Assembly (NCBI GenBank): GCA_937928045.1
Contig: CALFWO010000005.1
Location: forward strand, 162,726 to 226,725
DNA from: an uncultured Saprospiraceae bacterium
Lineage (GTDB): Bacteria; Bacteroidota; Bacteroidia; Chitinophagales; Saprospiraceae
Reading direction: 5' to 3'
DNA: 64,000 nucleotides
The notes beneath the pieces are model-generated. The model saw nothing but the letters and a program-made list of their open reading frames with translations, ran no database searches and was not told where the DNA came from. The position numbers were made by a program, and so were the translations under genes. Within the stretch, counting starts at the first letter, position 1. Every line of letters starts with the position of its first letter. Positions 40,901 through 48,453 of this stretch are shown here, one piece after another.

Positions 40901-43377
40901 CTGACAGCATTCAACAGCAAATTCTTGTCGAGGGATGTGCTCCAGATCTTGAATTGGTTATGCCAAGTTCTTTGACAGAATGTTTTGGCGCTGAAGTTAC
41001 AATGCAAGTTAATATACAGGCTCAAGTCTCGTCAATATTTTTTCAATGGCAAGTATTTTTAAACGGACAATGGACTAACATAGATGGAGCTGATCAGGCA
41101 ATATTCACAATTGCCTCAGCCGAAACAAGTGATGAAGGAGTCTATAGATGTATTGCAGCTGGACAATTATTGGACATTGGTAATGAGGACTGTCAGATAA
41201 TTAGTCCAGAAATTGATCTCTCAATAACATCTCTACCAATTCCGGTTATCTCATACTTAACATTTTGTGAAGGAGATACTATAATTATTAATAATTTAAT
41301 AATTACCACTCCTGGAACTTTTTTGGATACAATAAATATTCAAAATGGTTGTGATAGTCTAATACAGTTGGAGATTGAAATGCTCTTACCAACTTCAAGC
41401 CAAGAATTTATTAATATTTGTGAAGGAGATAGTGTAAATTATAATGGCAATTGGTATTCTCAACCTACTAGTTTTTATGACACACTAACGAATGTATCTG
41501 GTTGCGATAGTATACATGCGATCAACATAGAAGTTGGACAATATACAACTGAGGAAAGATTGGTCCAAGTCTGTTTAGGAGATAGTTTATTTGCCGGTGG
41601 AGCATGGCATTCAGATCCGGGAGTATTTTTAGATACTATTAACGGAAGTAGTGGTTGTGATACGATACTTTCTACAACACTAAGTTTTGTAAATTATATT
41701 GAAAATTCGATAACCTCTAATTTGTGTTCTGGCGATACAATAATTTGGAACGGAAATCTTATTTATTCTGCAGGTGTTTGGAGGGATACAATATTAAACG
41801 CACTAGGGTGTGATACAATCTATATTCATAATGTTGTTGAAATTCCAATAGTCAACACAAACGAAAATTACATTTTATGTGAAGGCGATTCTGTTTTTGT
41901 TGCAGGAAATTGGCGATATGAAAATGGCTTTTTTGTAGAAACGTTTTCGGGCAGTTCTAGATGTGACAGCATAGTCAATAGTACTGTTGTTTTTAACCCA
42001 TCATATAGTTTTCAAGATACCGTTTTATTGTGCTTTGGAGATTCTATAGCGATAGATGGACAAATCATTACTACCGCAGGTAGCTATGCGAATTCTATGA
42101 CTTCAGTTAATGGATGTGATAGTATTATTAATTATGTTGTTGAATTTAATTTGCTAGATACTATTGAATTAGTAGAGCAAATTTGTTCCGGACAATTTTT
42201 TAATTTTAATGGGACTGAACTTTCTATTGCTGGAGACTATCAAGAGATCTTTCAAAATCAGTACGGATGCGATAGTATTGTTAATTTGACTCTTGTAGTA
42301 GAGGATGATATCGAAGTTGAATTAGAATATTTGATTTGTCCTGGAGATTCGGTTGAAATAAATGGATCTTGGTATTTTGCTAATTCAGATCTGTTTTTTG
42401 CAGATCTTGCTCAAAATGGAGGCTGCGATAGCCTGACGAATGTATCTGTTATTCTGGCTGAGGTTTATCAAGATACAAGTAGATATCAGATATGTCAAGG
42501 AGATAGTATTTCACTTTTTGGCAACTTTTATGCGGTACCAACTGAAATTATTGAAACTTCTCAGTCTGTTGATGGATGTGATAGTAACATTGTTCATATT
42601 TTAGAAATAATAGATGTTACACAATTAATTGTAGATGACGCTTATATCTGTAGAGGTGAAGGCGTAGAACTTTTTGTTGAAGGTGCAGTGGAAGTAGAAT
42701 GGTCCCCTTCGACAGGATTAAGTTGTACAAATTGTCTAAATCCAATCGCTTCACCCAATCAATCTACAACTTATACGGTATCATCCAGTTCATGTTTAGG
42801 GGAATCAGTTGAACAAGAAATAACTGTATATGTATATGAATTGCCAACCGTAAGTATTTTGGGCAATGCAAATGTTACCCCTGGTGATACACTGGAATTG
42901 ACTTATGAGGTATCCGACACCACTGCGCAATTAATGTGGTTAGATGCGCAAGGAGATACACTTTGTAATGATAATTGCCCAGATACACTTTTTGTTATTG
43001 CAGACTACAATTCAATATATACTATAGCAGCAATCGATGAAGATGGATGTAGAGCTGAGGATGAAATAGTAGTTCGAATTAATGATAAATGTGAAGATGC
43101 CAAATTGTTCTTTCCAAATTTTATTACGCCAAATGGAGACGGTAAAAACGATGAATATGTTGTGACTTACGAAGATGTAAAGTCTATTGCATTGTTAAGG
43201 ATATTTAATAGATGGGGAGAATTGATTTTTGAGACTTATGATGTAGACAATGACCACTGGGATGGAACATTCAGAGGTGTACCTGTAAACGTTGGGGTTT
43301 ATGTTTATTATTTGGAAGGGGTATGTCTTAATAATGTAGATTTTATAGAAAAAGGAAACATAACGATTATAAGATAA
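34921..43377 (+). CDS. giant SprB-like cell-surface adhesin (2818 aa): ~19 tandem HYR-type ~95-aa domains, ~12 tandem ~38-aa CxGDS…GCDS modules, Ig-like domain, T9SS type-B C-terminal domain
   Basis: Signal peptide. Repeated unit DTxxPxFxxPxDxTxxCxxxxxDLxxTGxxxxxDNCxx…YxDSxxxxxCxGxxxIxRxWxxxDxCGNxxxxxQxIxxxD recurring from ~aa 570-2050. Then repeats such as ICEGDSVNYNGNWYSQPTSFYDTLTNVSGCDSIHAINIEV. C-terminal FFPNFITPNGDGKNDEYVV…IFNRWGELIFE…WDGTFRGVPVNVGVYVYYLEG tail. Confidence 0.85.
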   Translation: MDSNKFFEGCKVFMTLLIFLCLSIIKVECQSIENGCNAASFGVDADQYANSNSFGQNANDNNYSDDWFFNPAVSNGLGIGVIDVSNAENLQQSLQSGDNLSLIYDMSIPFNTVHQGVRLLDAIYGRDFYGGTQNTDYTSYIQASKNGEDPAIWDTGPANVTPKNDLIDCFAHLRRDGINGDDDLWLFGGFSRISNIGSSYLDMELYSKDIQYTPSSGFTSAGNDEGHTAWTFDSNGNLTRTGDIVVSYNFSTNGAPEIELRIWVAQSDFQNTSPTTFSFGSEFDGGTNNSNFGYADILPPNNGIYSCGLGNPSTTFAPPWGTLNSNGNYSYNYEGGQFAEFGLNLNAFGIDPSVVLSSGAGISCDIPFSAVLFKARASQSFTAQLKDFAGPYPFEIPLTIPSDIVGDTIDCINAAVTLGPEIVIPDASYIWSTSDGNIIGTTDSAYILVDQPGTYSLDASSAPGCLVNTSSFYVPELYNYPTADIQADTIFDCGVSASLTAWPAGHVYEWSGPFNFQSDQQQISVQDEGMYIVSVMDPISQCMALDSIYLPGGPCQNIDLSELPGDGNQVIIIDNEPPMVNWPDDITLSCLDDFLNLSLTGTLGQITDNCPENLPAPFYLDLSSNGICLGEVVYNRLWYVTDFCGNLASHSQVITLVDTIPPFFIAPNDVTIDCSIDVNDLGDLGDATGEYDDCDFSIGEAFYQDSIASGVSCTGNDVIYRVWTLVDGCGNENIQIQTINFADSEAPTFTVPNNITISCSDDANDLGLTGTIEDTLDNCSNTLLTINYWDQIVVDSNCVSNYLIYRSWLVTDGCGNDSLAIQEITIEDIAAPTFTAPEDITVACDVAESDLITLGDVINEYDDCTASIANATYTDVIIASGPCPSTKTIERTWSLSDDCGNITSIIQLIEFEDTSNPTFTVPEDVTIECHEDPANLLLTGNVFDEADNCSENGLEATYIDDVTSGIPCNGSTIIQRTWTLVDDCGNTSSAIQQITLEDNTPPSFSMVAVDPQVSCDVVIPTPQIGVDLFITDACDTSLNISFYEEQTNITCPDVYVLRRVWIAEDNCGNIDSLVQEIMVEDSGDPIILVFPPDLTVSCDSIIPPGGAVVDDNCSSSITVNVNDSIVDGSCDFNYAIIRIWSWEDDCGNVNTAEQTITVVDENSPNFIPPSDTLIGCDANLSDINQTGSILNPIDNCDPTVLNTTYRDSVLNGYPCEGSQRIIRIWMVSDTCGNENEHVQVIDMIDTVSPTWTLPSDITITCETDLADLSITGNVVSIDDNCDTSLDLPTYTDSIVQDTSCLNSSIIYRNWSVSDACGNTISGIQTIVISDTIAPSFTVPSDITLDCSENVNDLNLTGFVIDESDNCQSIIGDPIYMDSVVVDQSCSGNSVIYRNWILEDACGNSIRQVQLIVIQDTIAPTFITPNDVTLDCSEDITDLSITGSVTAVLDNCSPFSIVSSHRDSLVANAGCEGQFTVIRIWTVQDMCGNSSEAWQHIYLVDNTPPFFVVPPDITLDCDADVSNVTLTGFPDSSLVDNCSSLNLNISYVDLIRDLGKCGATRNVVRTWLAVDDCGNQFSAIQNISLIDTIAPVFIAPPTIVISCTDDPSDLTITGEVDTMQIAEACGINDVTIYYVDSISLLNNCSSNYELLRTWYLIDDCDNQSSAVQVISIEDQIGPTFSAPDDITIDCDLDINELIITGVPDSIQDECSINFSTPTYRDSIVDQGSCIVEVIYRTWEVVDECGNISREIQTITLQDTIQPVFFSPADTTLHCSQDPLDFSITGLPFMPDDNCDNNLGQIMFSDSLVVSDSCAIHRALYRTWSLSDQCNNLASYLQIIYLLDTLGPSFTVPQDVTLNCEENLDNLSITGNVANEFFNCENQVGLTTYQDSLVVSSNCNEIIVHRLWNLSNNCGWDTSQVQLITLIDTLAPTFINQPADLTLSCGQALPVFTPNVIDACSSNPIILSSLDTLAGDCFNEINIVRTWMATDSCENADSIQQQILVEGCAPDLELVMPSSLTECFGAEVTMQVNIQAQVSSIFFQWQVFLNGQWTNIDGADQAIFTIASAETSDEGVYRCIAAGQLLDIGNEDCQIISPEIDLSITSLPIPVISYLTFCEGDTIIINNLIITTPGTFLDTINIQNGCDSLIQLEIEMLLPTSSQEFINICEGDSVNYNGNWYSQPTSFYDTLTNVSGCDSIHAINIEVGQYTTEERLVQVCLGDSLFAGGAWHSDPGVFLDTINGSSGCDTILSTTLSFVNYIENSITSNLCSGDTIIWNGNLIYSAGVWRDTILNALGCDTIYIHNVVEIPIVNTNENYILCEGDSVFVAGNWRYENGFFVETFSGSSRCDSIVNSTVVFNPSYSFQDTVLLCFGDSIAIDGQIITTAGSYANSMTSVNGCDSIINYVVEFNLLDTIELVEQICSGQFFNFNGTELSIAGDYQEIFQNQYGCDSIVNLTLVVEDDIEVELEYLICPGDSVEINGSWYFANSDLFFADLAQNGGCDSLTNVSVILAEVYQDTSRYQICQGDSISLFGNFYAVPTEIIETSQSVDGCDSNIVHILEIIDVTQLIVDDAYICRGEGVELFVEGAVEVEWSPSTGLSCTNCLNPIASPNQSTTYTVSSSSCLGESVEQEITVYVYELPTVSILGNANVTPGDTLELTYEVSDTTAQLMWLDAQGDTLCNDNCPDTLFVIADYNSIYTIAAIDEDGCRAEDEIVVRINDKCEDAKLFFPNFITPNGDGKNDEYVVTYEDVKSIALLRIFNRWGELIFETYDVDNDHWDGTFRGVPVNVGVYVYYLEGVCLNNVDFIEKGNITIIR

Positions 43378-43413
43378 TTTTGAAAAAACGTACCTCCCAA
43401 TACGAATTTTGCC

Positions 43414-44460
43414 ATGAAAAAATATTTAGTATTATTTGCAGTGATTCAATTAGTAATTACTCTGCAAGCGCAGGATGTTCATTTGTCGCATATTCATGCT
43501 TCACCGATTCATTTGAATCCGGCGATGACAGGTGTATTTCAAGATGGATATTTAAGATTGATCGCTAACTCAAGGTTGCAATGGGAGACATTTACAAAAG
43601 GTTATAAAACTGTAATGGCTTCTGCTGATTTGAAGTTAGTGAATTTAAATAATAGTTCCATTCTTAGTGGTGGTATTCAAGTTGCTTCTGACAAAGCTGG
43701 AGATTTGAATTTTTCTACAAATACAGCCTCAATTAATTTTTCAGTTCAAAAATCTTTTGATCGTCAAAGTAAGAATGTAGTTTCTTTTGGGTTTCAAGGA
43801 GCATTGATTAATCATAGAATAGATTTTTCAAAAATGATTGGTTATGAAATTGAGACTGAACTAATAACTGATGCACCTGAAACCATTAATGCCTGGGACG
43901 TTAGCACTGGGGTGACGTGGTTTCATTCTTTTTACCCTAAGAATCATTTTTATATTGGAGCAGCTCTGTTTCATTTGAATCAGCCATCCATTAGCTTCTT
44001 CGGAGATTTAGATCTTTACGAATTACCTTATGATGAAGTGGGAAAAATACTCTATAGAAAATTTATAATTCATGGAGGAGGAAAAATTGGTATTCATAAA
44101 AATATTAGTCTTTTACCAAGTTTTTTAATTGCAGATCAGGGACCACATCGAGAAATGAAAATGGGTACATTTTTTAAATATGAAAACAGAAGATCCAGAA
44201 AAGATAATGATTATGCAGTGTATTTGGGAGGTTGGGTCAGATGGTATTTAGAAAAAGATTTGATTGGAACTGATGCTATAGATCTTTCACTGAGAATTGA
44301 TCATGAATCAACCATTTATACTTTTTCGTTTGATGTTAATATTTCTAAACTGACAAGAGTTAGCCAAGGTTTGGGTGGCCCAGAACTTTCAGTGATTAAA
44401 ATATTTGACAAGAAGAATACCAAGCGTAAAAAATTCAAAGTAAAATGTCCAGCACTCTAA
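43414..44460 (+). CDS. T9SS outer-membrane protein, PorP/SprF family (cognate partner of the upstream type-B cargo)
   Basis: Signal peptide. N-terminal SHIHASPIHLNPAMTGVFQDGYLRLIANSRLQWETF parallels the PorP/SprF consensus (…QYMFNPLxLNPAYAG…RxQW). Beta-barrel-like remainder. Starts 37 nt after the type-B CTD adhesin. Confidence 0.8.
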   Translation: MKKYLVLFAVIQLVITLQAQDVHLSHIHASPIHLNPAMTGVFQDGYLRLIANSRLQWETFTKGYKTVMASADLKLVNLNNSSILSGGIQVASDKAGDLNFSTNTASINFSVQKSFDRQSKNVVSFGFQGALINHRIDFSKMIGYEIETELITDAPETINAWDVSTGVTWFHSFYPKNHFYIGAALFHLNQPSISFFGDLDLYELPYDEVGKILYRKFIIHGGGKIGIHKNISLLPSFLIADQGPHREMKMGTFFKYENRRSRKDNDYAVYLGGWVRWYLEKDLIGTDAIDLSLRIDHESTIYTFSFDVNISKLTRVSQGLGGPELSVIKIFDKKNTKRKKFKVKCPAL

Positions 44461-44573
44461 GAAATGATCATTTATGCAGCGGTATAAATTTAGGTTTTTA
44501 TAATTTATAGATGAAGTTCATTCGTTTGTTGACTTTAAATAAATTCATTAATTTGCAACAAATAAAATGAATC

Positions 44574-45257
44574 ATGGCTAAAGTTACACATCTAGATAAA
44601 TCGGTTTTTACGTTTTTGAAAAAATTGGATAAAAACAATAATCGAGAGTGGTTTGCGGAGAATAAATCCAAATACATTGCAGCACATGAACACTTCAAGG
44701 CGTTTGCTGCTGAATTGAATTCAGAAATGGAAAAGTTTGACAATATCGAAAAAATGAAACTTTTTCGAATTTATAAGGATGTGCGTTTTTCTAAAGATAA
44801 AACACCGTACAAGAAAAGTTTTAGCGGAGGGTTTTCAAGAGCTACCACTGCTCTTCGGGGTGGTTATTATTTTCATTTGGAACCTGGCGGCAATAGTATG
44901 GTGGGTGGTGGATTTTGGCAGCCAGAGCCCAAAGATCTTAAACGAATTAGACAAGAAATTGCAATGGATGATAAACCATTGCGAAAAATTATCAACTCGG
45001 CATCTTTCAAAAAACATTGGGGGCAGATAGAAGGAGATCAAGTCAAAACGGCACCAAAAGGATATGCCAAGGATCACCCAGCTATAGATTTGCTGAGATA
45101 CAAGTCATTTATAGTAACCCATAGTTTCACGGATAAAGAAGTGACCACTCCAGGCTTTGTCAAGGAAGTGTTCAAATACATGAAAGCTACCCGCCCATTC
45201 TTTAATTATATGAGCGAAGTTTTAACAACGGATATTAATGGAGTCCCATTAATTTAA
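44574..45257 (+). CDS. DUF2461 (TIGR02453) family protein
   Basis: N-terminal FTFLKKLDKNNNREWFAENKSKYIAAHEHF…FRIYKDVRFSKDKTPYK matches the conserved DUF2461 pattern. Confidence 0.7.
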   Translation: MAKVTHLDKSVFTFLKKLDKNNNREWFAENKSKYIAAHEHFKAFAAELNSEMEKFDNIEKMKLFRIYKDVRFSKDKTPYKKSFSGGFSRATTALRGGYYFHLEPGGNSMVGGGFWQPEPKDLKRIRQEIAMDDKPLRKIINSASFKKHWGQIEGDQVKTAPKGYAKDHPAIDLLRYKSFIVTHSFTDKEVTTPGFVKEVFKYMKATRPFFNYMSEVLTTDINGVPLI

Positions 45258-45268
45258 GATCAGAGGTT

Positions 45269-45550
45269 TTACCAGCCTTTTTCGTTGCCTAATGCCTTGA
45301 TTGCTCCTTTGAATTCTTTCCAATCAAGTTGATCATTCTTGTCTTTGTCAAATTTGTCAATGATTTGACTAGCCGCAAGTGCCGAAATCCATCTATTCAC
45401 ACCAGCCTCTTTCAGTAAATCAACTACCTCACTTTTGTCTAGGTATAAATTACTGTTCTTATCGAAATAGTTAAAAGCATCTTCATCTGTATTGAATCTT
45501 CGGGTAATCAGAATTTTCAATTTTCCTAGTATCTCTTTCTTTGAAGCCAT
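45269..45550 (-). CDS. small EF-hand calcium-binding protein (two canonical EF loops)
   Basis: DKNSNLYLDKSE and DKDKNDQLDWKE each fit the 12-residue EF-hand loop (D1, D/N3, N5, x7, D9, E12) and are flanked by helices. Confidence 0.6.
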   Translation of the reverse strand: MASKKEILGKLKILITRRFNTDEDAFNYFDKNSNLYLDKSEVVDLLKEAGVNRWISALAASQIIDKFDKDKNDQLDWKEFKGAIKALGNEKGW

Positions 45551-46033
45551 TTTTTTATTTCAAAGATAATTATTTATGATGCTGAAATAGAAAATAACAT
45601 TGTAAACTCCGAAAACAGCTTGTTGTCTCTAATGATGGAAAATAGCGGACATTTTAATCATTAATCTTGTTAGTTTATGACAATAAAATATCTATAACTA
45701 GCGGACAGTCAAGCAATGGCGAAGAAATTTCAAGCTATTATCGTTCCGTTTTGCTGTTTAAGATCATCTTTTTCTAAACATAAAAGGTATTAACTTTGTG
45801 TTGCATTAACACGAAAGGAATTGGGCTCTTATAGGTCCATTACTCTTTCTTAGCTCCGTTTCATAAATACTTAAGAACAAAATTGGATTATAGTAACCTA
45901 TAAGTGTATCACTTGTGATAGTACGATGTTGCTGATTATCAAATGTTTAGGGAGTGTATCCTTAGAAATATATTGATAGTAAGAATAGACTTACAAATTA
46001 CACTTCTACTAGAATTGTTGATTTGTAGGGTCA

Positions 46034-46061
46034 AAGAATGGGTTTTATTAAGGCGTGTTTT
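46034..46061 (+). repeat. 28-bp direct repeat copy 1 (AAGAATGGGTTTTATTAAGGCGTGTTTT) followed by a hairpin terminator
   Basis: Exact 28-nt match to copy 2. Followed by GGAAGTCGTC-gcat-GACGGCTTCC + TTTTTT (46062-46092). Confidence 0.6.
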
Positions 46062-46474
46062 CAGGAAGTCGTCGCATGACGGCTTCCTTTTTTAAAACCC
46101 GAATATTATAACAAGGTAAAAGCAAATGTTTATTCTTTTGCTAGTTGGTATTGGATTAGTGCAAAATTGACCTTATATTAACCACTGAAAAAATTTGAAT
46201 TGCAGGCTGCAATCCATTGATTATAAGAAGATTCGATGTGTAAATGTAACTACTATTTACCAAAGAAAACAAGTTTTAGGCTTTGAAATTCTATATGTAA
46301 TGGACTATTTGATACTAAATATCGTGTATTGAAAAAAGGTAAATTTTGAACAAGTAAACAATAGGTGATAAAAGAAATTAGGCATAGTACATTTCGCTAA
46401 GTCAAGTGAATTGGTTTATGTCGAAAAATATAAGGATTCGATGGTCATTTTAATTGATAGATGAATATCGAATA

Positions 46475-46502
46475 AAGAATGGGTTTTATTAAGGCGTGTT
46501 TT
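46475..46502 (+). repeat. 28-bp direct repeat copy 2 followed by a different hairpin terminator
   Basis: Identical 28-mer. Followed by AGAGAGTTG-tctttggg-CAACTCTCT + TTTTTTATTT (46505-46540). Confidence 0.6.
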
Positions 46503-46629
46503 TAGAGAGTTGTCTTTGGGCAACTCTCTTTTTTATTTAATGATCTAGATCTCTAATTTTGAATAATAGTCAGGCATCCATTATTAAGAGGACTTCGTAT
46601 TAGATTACAGAACCTTCAACCATAGAATT

Positions 46630-47262
46630 ATGAAAAATCTAATTTTATCCATTTCGATGTTATTGGGTTTTGTAGCTGCCAATGCTCAGAACGCTTTAAT
46701 AATTCCTGATTATTTTGACCCAATATATCCAGAAGAATTCTGTAATAATTGCTTTACAAATATTGAGTTTAGCTCAGGCGTCAAGTATTCAATAGGAATA
46801 GGATTAGTTAAACCCGTTAGTGAGCGGTTTGATTTGGTGACAAATTTAGGATTTGGATATTGGAACTACGAAGTGACAATTCAAACCTCTGGAGGAATTT
46901 GGTATGAAGGATTTTATGATCAATACAAAGAGAAAATGAGCCTATTTAATTTTTCAGTTGGAGAAAGATTTCATCTTTTTCAATTAAAAAATTCTTCATT
47001 CTATTCAGGGCTAAACTTTAATGTTCAATTGTATACCCAAGATTTGCAAAAGAACGCAGGTCTGAGTATTGAGCCTACTTTTGGATGGAGAAAATCTTTG
47101 ACCACGAAGAGTGAACTGTTTATTGCGGTGGGATACGATCAGCATTTGACATCTTATTCCGAGATTTCAAATAGACGACCAGGAAAATTGGCTTTTAATT
47201 TGGGATACAACATAGTATTGCAAAGCAAGAAGAGGGATAGTGAAGATTTAATTAAAAAATGA
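46630..47262 (+). CDS. secreted hypothetical protein, tandem paralog A (possible small outer-membrane beta-barrel)
   Basis: Signal peptide. Clear homology with the next ORF (GIGLVKPVSERFDLVTNLGFGYWNYE…FHLFQLKNSSFYSGLNFNVQL…FIAVGYDQHL…RRPGKLAFNLGYNIVL). Confidence 0.5.
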   Translation: MKNLILSISMLLGFVAANAQNALIIPDYFDPIYPEEFCNNCFTNIEFSSGVKYSIGIGLVKPVSERFDLVTNLGFGYWNYEVTIQTSGGIWYEGFYDQYKEKMSLFNFSVGERFHLFQLKNSSFYSGLNFNVQLYTQDLQKNAGLSIEPTFGWRKSLTTKSELFIAVGYDQHLTSYSEISNRRPGKLAFNLGYNIVLQSKKRDSEDLIKK

Positions 47263-47294
47263 TAAACTTCGATGCTTAAGGTAAATCCATTAAT

Positions 47295-47888
47295 ATGAAA
47301 TATTTCATCAGTTTAACTATCGCGATTGTAATAAGTGTTACAACTCAAGCACAAAGTGGTTTAGAATTGGTTCCACCAGATAATGACTTTTGTTATAATT
47401 GTGAAAATGGGTATGGTATTGATATAGGGACCAAGATGCAAATTGGTATTGGCGTAGTAAAAGAAATCAAACCAAAATTCGATCTCGTTTCAAATTTAGG
47501 CTACGGATATTGGGCCTACCAGCAAACATTGAAGAATGCCGAAGGTATCGTCCTAGATCAATTCAAGACCACTGAACATCTAATGTTCTTGTCGCTTGGC
47601 GAAAGATTACACCTTTTTAAATTTGAAAATTCTTCTTTCTATACTGGGGTGAATTTTAATCTTCAATTAAATGTTGACAAAGTAGTTCATAAAGCAAGAG
47701 TGACCATTGAACCTTCAATAGGCTGGAGATATACAACAAGTAGAAAAACTGAAATATTTATCGCGGCAGGTTATGATCAACAACTGAATAGATACATTAG
47801 AGACCAAAGACCTGGGAAAGTTACCTTCAACCTAGGTTTCAATTTTGTATTGAAAAAGAAAGATGAGCATTCGTCCGAGGAGATATAG
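47295..47888 (+). CDS. secreted hypothetical protein, tandem paralog B
   Basis: GIGVVKEIKPKFDLVSNLGYGYWAYQ…LHLFKFENSSFYTGVNFNLQL…FIAAGYDQQL…RPGKVTFNLGFNFVL aligns with paralog A along the full length. Confidence 0.5.
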   Translation: MKYFISLTIAIVISVTTQAQSGLELVPPDNDFCYNCENGYGIDIGTKMQIGIGVVKEIKPKFDLVSNLGYGYWAYQQTLKNAEGIVLDQFKTTEHLMFLSLGERLHLFKFENSSFYTGVNFNLQLNVDKVVHKARVTIEPSIGWRYTTSRKTEIFIAAGYDQQLNRYIRDQRPGKVTFNLGFNFVLKKKDEHSSEEI

Positions 47889-47891
47889 TAA

Positions 47892-48434
47892 CTATACTGA
47901 CTTTGTATAAGCTAATTTAATCCATTCTTTCAACTCTTTATCTACTTCGCTTGCTTCATTCAGTTGAACGCGATGCGTACACATAGTTCCAAAAGGTCCG
48001 GAGTTTCCGAGTCGATCCGTAGTTGGAAAATCCTTTAATTTAAATCCCAAATCGATTCTAGTCTTCGTAGCTGGTTTAATCAATATAAACTGTCTTTTTC
48101 TAATGATACTAACGCTTCCTTTTTTAGGAGTAATCGTAATATCTTTTCCTAGTGTGCTGACATATTTAATAATGGCCTTGTAAATTGGCAACAATACTTC
48201 CTTCCCTTTATATTGATTTGAGAGGAGATCATTAGATGCGTTATTCTCTTCCTTGGAAAGCGTCACAATAGTATTTGCAAAACCATGTGTAATGCCATGC
48301 TCAGTTTTTAAATATTTGACGCCTTCAGAATGTTTTGCAAATGCCTTTTTCGTCAAAATCTTTTTCCATTCCTCCAGAGATTTTCCAGTTTTCTCTGGCA
48401 TATTAGCAATCATTGTTTGAAGCGCCTGATCCAT
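47892..48434 (-). CDS. DUF4287-like protein
   Basis: MDQALQTMIANMPEKTGKSLEEWKKIL…HGITHGFANTIV is typical of DUF4287. The longer ORF to 48605 would overlap the upstream oxidoreductase start, so the start at Met 48434 is preferred. Confidence 0.55.
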   Translation of the reverse strand: MDQALQTMIANMPEKTGKSLEEWKKILTKKAFAKHSEGVKYLKTEHGITHGFANTIVTLSKEENNASNDLLSNQYKGKEVLLPIYKAIIKYVSTLGKDITITPKKGSVSIIRKRQFILIKPATKTRIDLGFKLKDFPTTDRLGNSGPFGTMCTHRVQLNEASEVDKELKEWIKLAYTKSV

Positions 48435-48453
48435 AGTTGTTCTTCTACTGAAA

